Assembly (NCBI GenBank): GCA_013239625.1
Contig: MU053629.1
Span: 3,747,567-3,811,566, forward strand
DNA from: Lama guanicoe
Lineage: Eukaryota
Direction of reading: 5' to 3'
Length of the DNA stretch: 64,000 nucleotides
A program made the position numbers and the translations under genes. Under the pieces are notes generated by a model. It did no database searches. It saw only the letters and a list, made by a program, of their open reading frames with translations, and had not been told where the DNA came from. Position 1 is the stretch's first letter, and each line of letters opens with the position of its first letter. This document shows positions 1 to 21,128 of the stretch, piece by piece.

Positions 1-1077
1 ATTCAGATGGAAAAATACTGAAGATGTAGATTCCAGTTTTGCTATAAGATCAGCATTTTCATTTGCAGTTTGATGTAATTTCCTCTCTAAATCCTGTGTC
101 TCATTTTCTAAAGGAGTCTGATGATGCGCTGTCACCTCCAGGGAGGCCTTCGACATGGGCTGTTTCTTTCGGGTGTCAGTCAGTCCTTGCTGAAGCTGTC
201 TCACACAGGCCTGGCTCGGTTTATGCCTTAAGCTCTTCAGTTCGAATTCTAGTGCTCGGACTTGCTGTTTCAGGTGAACTTGTTCATTGTATTGTTTGTC
301 TTTTCTTTTTAAGTCACCCTTTTTTTTCATAGACTATATCAGCAATTTTTTTTCTTTCCTGTTTCTTGTTTTAATGTGAATCTCACACTGCAGAGCTCTC
401 GTTCCCACTCCACATTTTGACATTCTGTGAATTCATTTCCCTTGTTTCCAACAGCTCTTTTTGTAGCCTGTTAACTTTATTTTCCATTTTTAAAATTTTT
501 TCTTCTAAGTAGTTCACAGTTGATTTCTTTAGGTTCTGTTAATCTTCTGAATAAATGAACTGCATCCTTAATTTTCAATAAGTTAACAGTCTTTACACTC
601 CAGGCCAAGTTGTTTGATTAGCAACAGGATATTCTTATACTTCGAGTAAAGCGACTCGCAATCCTCGGAAGCTGTTTCCGGTGACAGAGTTAAGTCATCA
701 GGGTCATCCACAGAACTAATCTGCTCTTTGACCTTGTCCTTTTTAGTAGATGTTTTCTTTTGAAGACCTGCCACGACCTTGATCTCCTTCACTTAAACTG
801 CTGTTGTCATTCATGTGTAGGAGACCACCAGCCAGTGAGGCAGTCTTCGCAAATACACGTGAAGTCACAGATGCTTTTAATGTCCGTTTTCCACTTTCCT
901 TCTTTACTTCCTTCATATGCAAGCTATCAGAATCTCCTTTCTGCAGAGCAGGAAACTGATGGTCATTAGTTTTTCCCCTCTTCCTCTGGTGAGTTAATCC
1001 TTTATCATAACTGCATCACACATGGTTTCTGATCCTTTCAGTTCACTACTTTTGTTCCTGTTCTCTTCTACTTCAAC
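1..1077 (-). pseudogene. ANKRD26: ANKRD26-family processed pseudogene (coiled-coil region) in LCTL last intron; continues off-window
   Basis: Minus-strand peptides DDPDDLTLSPETASEDCE, GGLLHMNDNSSLSE, VEWERELCSVRFTLKQE and VRQLQQGLTDTRKKQPMSKASLEVT match recalled ANKRD26. Contiguous with no introns; several frameshifts and stops. Confidence 0.85.
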
Positions 1078-1245
1078 CAGATTTTTGGTGTCTTTGTCTT
1101 CCAAAGAGGGTGATGTTCTTTCTGTCGGAGTTGGGCAGGTGCTCTGGTTGGCTGAGTGGGTCCGTAGATGTGAGTTTTGGTGTATTTGTGGGAGAGGGTG
1201 AGCTACGAGTGTCCTTCTACTTCGCCATCTTGCTTCCTTATCGTC
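1078..1245 (-). mobile_element. L1 5'UTR-like start segment fused to the ANKRD26 retrocopy
   Basis: Begins with YY1-type CAAGATGGCG (1232-1223), then ctcaccctctcccacaaatacacc, resembling recalled cetartiodactyl L1 5' ends. Confidence 0.6.
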
Positions 1246-2143
1246 TGTAATACCTGCTTTTAGGTTTTGTGCCAGACACCCCTCGGTTACCGACACAGGT
1301 AAGGCCCAGGTCTCACTCTCATGGAGCTCTTGGGCTCAACAGTAAATTCTACATCATGTCTTTCCATTAAACTTAGTTTAGTTTAATGGAACATATATCT
1401 TTAATATTGCTTGATTTTTTAGGTTGGCGAGGGAACAGTGGTGTAATGGCCTATAAAAACAGATGCACTGGTAGGACTGGCATTTTCCGCCTCTGATATC
1501 ACATTAAAGATGAATTTGTTAAAACAGGAAGTGTATTTCTCTGGCCTTATATAGCGAGAAAGACAAAATCCAAAGAAACAAATGATGTGCGTTGGCATTT
1601 CTTGATGCATGATTACAGCCTGGTCATTCTATACCTCTGATCTTTTTAGATCCTGTTGCATGAGAAATGCCTTCTGTGAGAGCAGGGACCTTGTTTTGTT
1701 TATTGCTGTGTCCCCAGGGCTTAAAACACCCCTGAGCTAAACAGTGACTGCTTAATAATTACTTGTGGGATGAATGAATGTAATATATGGCGGGGTTCTT
1801 TGATTTTCCTTTGTTCCATTTGGTATAATGGTTGAATTTCCCCCTCCTTCCAACAAAGCCCACTTTGTATAACACAGGAGTAGATTTATAAAGTTACAGT
1901 ATGATTCAGAAAGGATCAAACTAAAATAGATAAAATACTTCTTTTTCATAGTAAATTTTTAAAAAATATTTTAAATGCTGATAGCAATTTGACATTGCTT
2001 GAAAGTAAAGGTGAAAAAAAAATCCATTTCTAAGCATGTGGTTTTGGAAGATTGACTTAAGATAGGTCCACATTTTGAGGTTTTGATAATGCCATTATAT
2101 ATGATTACACAGTTTAATTATCAAAGGGAAGAATCAAACTCAC

Positions 2144-12587
<10,444 letters not shown>

Positions 12588-13382
12588 GGCGCCCGGCCCT
12601 CCCCCATACCTGAAAAAGGACACCTGACAGGTGTAGGCGCGTGCAGCCAGGGCTGGGGGGACCAGATCCCTGCGTGGGGGCAAGGGCAGGAGGGGGAGGC
12701 AGCAGGATGAGGTGGGGGCTCTTTGTCTAGAGAAGCGTTGGCTCTCCAGGGGCAGCTGGTCCGTGGCTCTGCTGAGACCCATCAGCACAGGGTGGTTGAG
12801 GCTGGGCACCAGATACGATGCCCCAGTTAATCACTGAGGAGGACAAGGACTGGGCTTTGGGAGGGCCGAGTCTGATGGGCAAAGCTTTAACCCATCCCTG
12901 GTCCCTGTCTGATGGGGGAGACCCAGCCTATACCCTGCGAAGGCCCCTGTCTAACGGGGAAACCACTCTGCCTGAGGGAAGCTCCAGTCTGATGAGGAGG
13001 CATGGCAACTCACAGAGCCCCTGCGACACCTTCACCTGCACACTGTGGCCTGTGCAGAGAGAGAGACCCCTCTCCAGGCTGGGGGTCATGGGCAGGGTTG
13101 CCATCCCAGGGTCTTTGGTCCTAAGGGTCAGGGCGATTCCCTTCCACTCGGCTCCCCTCTCTGATGCCAGCCTCACCAGCTTACCCAGGATTGTCCTCGG
13201 TCCCAGACACCCCCAGAGCAGCAGCTGGTGGTCAGAGCACTCTCAGACTCACCCCTGGGGGCCTGCATTGCCCCCTGAGAGCAGAGCCCTCAGCACAGCG
13301 AAGGCTCTGGTTGGGGGCGTGACCAGTGGCCTAACCCCCCTACAAAGAGCTTCAATAGCCCCAATTCAGTGGGGAGGGCAGG

Positions 13383-13416
13383 AATGCTGAGCTGGCCAGA
13401 GGGGCCTGAGTCAGCA
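13383..13416 (-). promoter_or_regulatory. MARE/ARE-like site upstream of LCTL
   Basis: TGCTGACTCA on the minus strand at 13416-13407, plus AATGCTGA half-site at 13383. Confidence 0.35.
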
Positions 13417-15651
13417 GCCGGGCAGCTTGGCCCTGGGCCTGGGGATCCAGTCAGCCCCCTCCCAGGGTAGAGGGGCAGCGACCCAGTTCCTTGGTCCCCT
13501 CTGGGCCTGATGTGCCACCTTCAGCACACCTTAGCATGCGAAGCTCGAGGTGGGGGTGGCTGGCCTCACTTCAGACCCCTCATTCATTCCTTTACTCACT
13601 CATTCAACCAAGACTGCCTGCTGAAACACCCCCTCCCTGGAGGCTCGGCACCTCCTGCTCCCCACAATGCCCCGCCCCATCTTCTCAGGTCCCCCACTGT
13701 GCTTCCTAGACTGCAGTGCACCCCCTCCCACTCCCTCCCCGCCTCCCTTCTCCCCCTTGCAGCCCCCTTCATCTCACTCAGCCTCCAGCCTCCCTGCTTT
13801 TAGCTAAGCCCTCACTGTGGCCCCTTAACTGGGCAGGTCTTACCCCTTCGTGGTTGATGAATTTCTTCCTGCCAGAGTGAAAGGGGACTTGGTCTGAGCC
13901 CTCCAGGGGCTTGAAGTCTGGTGGGGAGGGAGGCACGAGGGAGAGGGGAAGCAAGGTGATTTTAAACACTATGCTAGTGATCAGGGCTCTGATGGAAAGA
14001 TGGACAGAGACCCTGTAGGGGCTCAAGGAGGTAGGGCTGCCTTCACAGGGAGGGGACTTTGGACAAGATACTTGAGTGTGGAGGCATCTGTGAGATGGCA
14101 TGGAGCAGGGAGGGCATGTGCAAAGGCCCTGAGGTGTGTCTGGGGACCTGGCAGCTTGGTATCTTCTCTTCTCTTGCATCTGCCCTGCAGTGACCAGGCT
14201 GGGCTGTGTCCTCAGGGTGAGCAGACCACTGCACAGCCACCCCGATGGCCGTCTCTTCTGTGGGTGGACTGCTGTGGGTGTCCAGGGCCAGTGGTGTGCT
14301 GTTTGCAGGGATGCTGCTGCCTGCCTCACCAGGCCTGGGGACTCTGCTCTCCGGGCTGAGGGCTGAGGTTGGCAAGAAACATAAAACTTTAAGAGCTGAT
14401 GTCACCTCTGAAAAATGCCCCCTTCCCTCAGAGCCAGGGGCCGAGTGTTTGCGTTGGGGGAGGGGGTGCCGGTCAGCCTGGCACGCCAGGGCTGCTGCTT
14501 GGGGTCTGTGTGCAGACCGTCTCCACCATCTGATCCTCGTTCTCCCTCACAGGCTCCAAACTGGAAGGACATGGGCCTCACAGCTGGGTGACCCCCACCC
14601 CTGACTTCTCCCTACCCCATCCCACTCCAGGGCTGCTTGGAGCAACCAGGGTAGAACTCTTCTCTTGGAGGGCGCAGTCCGAAGTCCCTGGGGCAGCATG
14701 TTGAGGATGGTCAGGCCTCTGTAGCTTCCTCCTGGTCCCTCCTTGCAAGGGGCTGCAGGGGTGGGGGCCCCTCTGCCAACGGCTTCTGCAGGTCCCAGGC
14801 CGGAGCCCAAGCTCTGTGAATTTTAGGAAGGGACTTGGAAAAAGCAAAAGGTCTGGTCTTCCGTCCTGGGGAGCAATGATGGGTCCCAGGCCGGGGGTGC
14901 AGTGGGTGTGGGTATGGGAGAGGCCCGGCTCAGCCCGCGCAGGATCCTATAGGGGGAAGCGAGGGGCAGGCGTGGGAAGGATACCAGAGATTCAGGAAAA
15001 CAGATTCCTGCCTCCTCCGTGTTGCCAGGAGCCGGCTGTGGGATCCAGTGATAGGACTGCCTCTCTCTGGGACTGAGGCTCCCTATCTAGAACAAGAGCT
15101 ACGATTTCAGGTGCTCCCAGCTGACACTGCAGCGCCCAGCCCTTCTCTTCCCTGGCCCGAGGAGCTAATCTTTCTCTCTCTGGGGTGGGGGTTGGGCCTC
15201 TAGGCCCCATCCACCCTACACCCCCCAGCTCTGCAGCCCAACTCAGCCCTGTTCAGCCCTGAGCTAAGGGACAAGTCCCAGGAGACCAGGTTTAGTGTTG
15301 TATGTCATTGGGCCAGCCATGACCCTCTCTGGGCCTTTGTTGCCTCTTCTGTGAAAACAAAGGAGGCTGGCTAGCAGCCATCTGAAGTCTTCCTTAGCTC
15401 TGGGGTTCTATTAAAGAGGTGACAGGCTGTTTTCAAGTTGTCTCTGCAGGAGCTGGGCTGGGATGGAGGTGGGGGATTTGAAGGGATGAGAATGGGGCTG
15501 GTTCAGCCCATCAAGGGGTTGGGTGTGTGTGTGTGTGTGTGTGTGTCTCCAGGGAGTGATTGGGAAAAGAGCCCATCCCGGGGTGCAAAGCTGTCCTGGG
15601 GAGCAGGAGTACAGGGGCAGGAGTGGGGTGTTTGGTTTATAAGGATCACTC

Positions 15652-15821
15652 AGGGGGAGAGGGCATAGCTCAAGTGATAGAGTGTATGCTTAGCATGCAT
15701 AAGGTCCTGGGTTCAATCTCCAGTATTTCCTCTAAAAATAAATAAATGTAATTACCCCCCCCACCAAGATAAAAAATGATAATTAAATATTATAATAATA
15801 AATTTAAAGAAGTTTTTTAAA
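15652..15821 (+). mobile_element. tRNA-derived SINE, Vic-1-like
   Basis: A-box/B-box head (tagctcaagtg...gggttcaatctcc), AT-rich tail, 11-bp TSD aaggatcactc at 15641-15651 and 15822-15832. Confidence 0.85.
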
Positions 15822-15974
15822 AAGGATCACTCTGGGCCCAAGTCAGACTTTCTCCTGAGGAGGGGGCAGACAAGTCAACCATGACAGGCCATCACGGGAG
15901 AAGATGGGGAAGGAGGGAGACGGGGGGATGGGGAGGGTGGCCTGTGGAGCAGCAGAGGGCAGTGGTCACGATCC

Positions 15975-16170
15975 AAGACCCTGGAGTCAAAATACCTCTG
16001 AATCCCAGGTCAGTGTCTGCCAGCTGAGTGTCACACACAAGTTACTCAATTTCTCTGAACCGTTTTTCATGCATAAATAGGGATGACAATAATACCTGCT
16101 TACCTGCTTCATAGGGTCACTTACGCATTAAATGACATGAATGTAAATGCATAACGCGGTGCCCGGCACA
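15975..16170 (+). mobile_element. MIR SINE
   Basis: ctggagtcaaa...tctctgaacc...atagggatgacaataatacctg core. Confidence 0.6.
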
Positions 16171-19100
16171 GAGAAAAGCCCCGGTGAACCACTTCCATCA
16201 TCAACACCATCGTGAATTTCAGCTCTGCCTCTCACAGGGGCTCTCTGTGCGAGGCACAGGGTCTCAGAGGGTAAGTGCTCCCTGACGGCCCGACAAGGGG
16301 TTTCCATGATCTGAGAGCATGGTCTGGGAGATGCCAAAATCCCTCCACACTGTAGGGTCTGCAAGAGCCAGTCCTTTCTGTCCCCTGAGACCAGCGCTCT
16401 GCACCCCAAAACCCTGGTCACTGCCTGAGGGCAAGATGCTTGGGGGGTCAGCGGATTCTGAGGGCTGCTGCTAGCTCTGGCTCTGTGAACAAAACTGAGG
16501 GCCTGTTACCTGAGTGTTGATGGTGACTTCCAAGTTCCCCTTCATTTCTCAGAGCCCCTACCTTTCCTTATAAAAATGTGCAAACACATGCATATCATCA
16601 ATTACATTCCGGTTCTTTTCTTTTCGAGGTGAAACTTGCTTGCAGTGAAATGCACAAATCTTCAATACAAAATTTAATCTTAATCTTTAATCTCCGTTGC
16701 AAAACTGTGTGTTTCGACACATGCAGTCATGTGTAACCAAACCACTCTTCAGACACGGAGCATGAATTTGTTTCTTTCTAACTCTGAGTCACACCTCATC
16801 TTTCGGAGGACTTTTGGGGGGAATTCCCACAGGTCTCCAGAGGAGGAATCCATGTCATCTTCTCTCCGTCTCAGCTCTGGCTGCTTGGAAATTCTGAGAT
16901 ACGTTTGTGGCCTGCCTCCAGCACGCGCACAGGACGTGAGTTATGCATTTCTGTGTCACCTTACTCTCCTTTCTCCCTGAATTTTTTTTTTTCGTCTGTT
17001 ATTTTTAAACCCTGCTGAAGTATATCAACCAACACTAAAGCTGGTTCTCAAATCCTTTTTTTGGAACAAGACCGAAGGAGTTCTGCATAAATAATCATAG
17101 TGGAATTTTCAAGCTATTTCAATGGTTTGTGGTGGCCAAAAATGTGAAATTGAGGCTGTGCCAGTAAATCTGGAATGAATTGACACCCTGTCCACAGAGT
17201 ATGAACCTGTGAGTAGAGTACGCGTGTACACCCACACCCACACACGCGTACGGCACAGAGGAAGAATTCTTTTCTTGGTCCAGATACCGGCATTGGCAGT
17301 GAAACCATCAATTCCAAACCGAAATAGCGCACTCAGTGGTGGTCTTGCTGCCCAGGACCCCTGCAGGGCAGAGGTGGGGAGGGGATGGTGCCGTGAAGGG
17401 TGGCCTTCGATGGCTGGCCTTGGATGGCTGGAAGCTGGTGTCTGCGAACAAGCAAGGATGATGGTGACAGGTGTGGAGCCAGGCTGCCCAGCCAGCGCTT
17501 CCCGACCGAAGTGCTTTGGTCTCAGCTCACCCGCTGATGATTTCCCAGGCCCTGCCTCACATTTTCTCCCCTCATCTTCACTCATGGGGAGCCCTGGACC
17601 AGCTGCTACAGACCCACAGACAAGCCCTCAGGTTCCAGGTCACGGAGGGGGGCGAGGGTGAGGATGGGGGTGCGGAGAGGGGAAGAGTCTCAGTGCAAAG
17701 GAGGGAGGCTTCTGTGTCCTCAGCACCCTCTCTGGGGCTGCCTTCCAGAGCATCCACTGCAAACCCCACTTCACTTTTACTTAGAAGACTGACTCTGCCT
17801 CTTTACTAGACTTAACCTTGTCTTTATCCACCGTTGAATACTATTTGTTTAAGAAATAAATGAATAAAGGTGGGTTCCCCCCCATCCAGAGGGTGTGAGA
17901 ACAAGCTCCAGGGCTCGTCCCTGGGCAGGGAGCAGGCCTGCGTGGAGGCTGGGGTCCTGGTGTGACAGGCCTCAGAGCTACACAGAGCACCTCAGCCGGG
18001 GCGAGGCGCCGTCTGGGAAGAGGGGAGCCTGGGTCCTTCTACAGGGAGGGTGTCGAGGCTGCTGACTCCCTGCTAAGGAAGAAGTACTCACAGGGCCCAG
18101 TGATGTCTCAGAAGTCAGCCAGGGATCCAATATTCCAGAGACAGTGAAAGAGTCTAAGGCTTGTATATATTATATATATATGTAATATAAATTTGTATAT
18201 ATATTTAAAAAATCTAACACGTGAATATATTCACATGACAAAGAAATGGCAACCATCCCTGAAGTATATGAAGCTAAAAAGGGTAAACCCCTTCTCCTTG
18301 CCCCCCTCCCCCACCTTCCCTCCCCCAGGGGACCGCTTATGACCACTGGCCAGTGGCCCACCCTACGTTTCTTCCGTGTTTTCATGCACCTTGGGTACAT
18401 ACAGGTATCAGCCGTTTTGTTTGATTTTCTACGTTAGTGATAATATTGTTTGGCCACATGCTTTTCTTTTTTCATTTTATAATGTATGTTGGAGATCTTT
18501 CTGGATCGGCGCACCCAGCGCTGCCTCATTCATTTTAATGCCTTCACAGCATTCCATTGTCTGGATGCTCCGTAATTGATCTAACCGGTCCCCTGCGGAT
18601 GGACATTTTTTCTCCTTTACAATGCTTTGCTCTCGCAAAGAATGCCGCGATGACATGCCTGTTGATGTAATTTCATACCCGTGTGTGCACATCTCTTCCT
18701 AAAAGTGGAGTTGCCTTGTCGACTGCGCTTTCTATGGTTATTCCCAAATCGTCTTTCTTTAGCGGTAACCTCATTCTTTTTAACTGAAGCAAAGTCACCA
18801 CCAACATAACCCGTTAGAGATGAGAAGGGAACGGTGGCTCAGGATGTGGGAGCCACCGTTTCCTTCTGCCCGTGGTCGGGGAAGGGCTTGACTCCTGTCG
18901 GATGCTCAGTGACGCGAGGTGGGTCTATTTGCTCTAGTTAATCCCTGAGGAGATCATCACTGGTCCAGACCTTTACAGTTCACAGGGTATATTTCTCTGC
19001 ATAATCAATCTCTCTTAACTCTACTGAACAAGGAAGGGCAATATTGCTTATTTCCATCCCACTCTATGGATGAGGAGACTGAGGCTTGAAAGAGTCACAC

Positions 19101-19707
19101 TAAGTGACTGACTCGAGCAGGGTCTGAAACTCCAACTTTCCAGTGTTTTCCCGCTGTGTCAACAACTTTCCCCTTTTCCTCTGGGTCACTTCCTGTCTCT
19201 CCACTCCTTGCCACCCCCTTTACACCAGATCCTCCCCAAACAATGCTGCCTCAGCATCACCCCAAAGTCAACTCCTCCGGCTCCAATCAACCCAGGAATA
19301 TGCAATGAGATTAAAGATTCAGATTTGCCTGGAATACATCCCTGAGGCTCTCCCAGCAGATATTCATAGCTTGTTGCTCAGACAAGCTCAAGGACAGATG
19401 GTGAGTCCTGGACTCCTTCCTCCTCAGCTCCTTGGCCCCCCAAGGGCCAGAAAATTAGTTACTTAAGTTTAGAGGATAAATAGATGGGAAAAGATGCATA
19501 AATGAATTCATATGCAGAAAAGAAGACCCAGTTTATAGAGGTGCTTAATCCTGCAGACCCCATTTGGTTTTTAGGGGTGTGTAGGAGCTTTTAACCAACT
19601 TCTTCCCATCTTTTTCCCAAATTGTCTTACTCAGATGTGATCACCCCGTGTGGGCTGTTTCGAATCTTGTCCTCATTTCACTTAAGATCATAAACATTTC
19701 ACATCCA

Positions 19708-21128
19708 CTGTATGGCGGGCAGCTTCCAAGATGGCCCTGGGGTTCAGGACTCACTACCCCAATATGGCCCCTTGGAATGTTGGATATTTTAAGCTGAAGG
19801 AGTCTGATAAAACAGCAGAAGCACGAAGGTCATTGGGACCTTCCCCCTGCCCTTCTCCTCTGAAATAGGTCATAAACCCCTCATATGAGAGGTGTCCCAC
19901 CTGTGCCGGAAGAAAGGACCACCCTTATCTCTGAAGACAAAGGGACACCAGAAAGAATCTGAGCACACAGGGCTGTTTCTTAAAGTCTTTTTTTTTCCCA
20001 TTTTTTAAAACATAGACTTTATTCTTTTAGAGCAGTTTCAGGTTCACAAAAGAATTGAGCAGAAAATACAGAAAGTTCACACATAGCCCTTCCCACCCAC
20101 ACATATACACTCCCCTACCCGCAACATCCCTCATCAGTGTGGCATATTTGGTACAATCGATGAACCAACATGGACACATTATTATCAACCAAAGTCCACA
20201 GTTTACATTAGGGTTCACTCTTGACGCGGTACATTCTATGGGTTTTGACAAATGCATAATGACATGTAGCCACCACTATAGCATCATACAGAATAATTTC
20301 ATTGCCCTAAAAGTCCTCTGTGCTCCTTCTATTCATTCCTCCCTCCCTCCCTCTCCCCAAACCCTGGAAACCATGATCTTTTTATTGTTTCCTTTTAATT
20401 TTTTTAAATGGAGGTACTGGGGATTGAACCCAGGACCTCATGCATGCTAAGCACGCGCTGTACCACTGAGCTACACTCTCCCCCTCTTCAGGTCTTCGCC
20501 TCCTTGTGCAGATTCCTGTGTCGTGTAAAACTGATATTAAATAAATTTGCACACTTTTCTCCCATTAATCCGTTTTTGTCCATTTAATTTTCAGACCCAT
20601 TCAGGGACCCTCAGAGGATCAGGGGAAATTTTCCCTCTCCTTACAGTTCCCACCTCCTTGTATCCACACATTTGTGTAATCTTTTTCCCCTGAACCTGGG
20701 CCAGACCTAGTGACTCACTCCGAAGGCACAGAATACTGCAGAAATGAGGGGCATCAGGTTATGGAAGGTCTGAGTGCCTTCCAGGTGATGCACTTGCCCT
20801 GGGAAAGCCAACTGCCCTGTTGTGAGCTGGGCCATGGAGATGGGGGTGCCCACAAGTTGAGCAATTGGTGTCTCCCCTCAAGAGCTGGCAAGGACCTAAG
20901 ACTGCCAACAGCCATGTGAGTGAACTTGGAAGTGGACCTTCTCCCAGCCAAGCTTTGGGATGACTGCAATTCCAGCCCACATCTAGATTGTCGCCTCCTG
21001 AGAGGCCCTGGCCAGAGGCACCCAGCCAAGCTATGCCTGGACTCCTGAGCCCCAGAAACTCTGAGATAATACATTCTTGTTTGTTAAGCCATTAAATTTG
21101 AGGGTCATTTGTTACACAGCTGATACAC
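19708..21128 (+). mobile_element. Nested cluster: MLT1 LTR > MER34/39-like LTR (~19738-20645) > L1 3' fragment (minus, ~19990-20390) and SINE
   Basis: MLT1 start ggcagcttccaagatggccc resumes at ~20647 and ends tttgttacacagc; inner LTR ggttcaggactcactaccccaatatggc...ctccttaca. Confidence 0.6.
20395..20484 (-). mobile_element. Vic-1-like SINE
   Basis: ggaggtactggggattgaacccaggacctcatgcatgctaagc...tgagctacactctcccc. Confidence 0.85.

Noticed and set aside
1411..1650. Plus-strand acceptor-like site, possible ZWILCH 3' exon
   Set aside because: ZWILCH adjoins the LCTL 3' end in human, but I recognise no ZWILCH sequence here.
16819..16828. Perfect kappaB palindrome GGGAATTCCC
   Set aside because: An isolated 10-mer with no supporting context.
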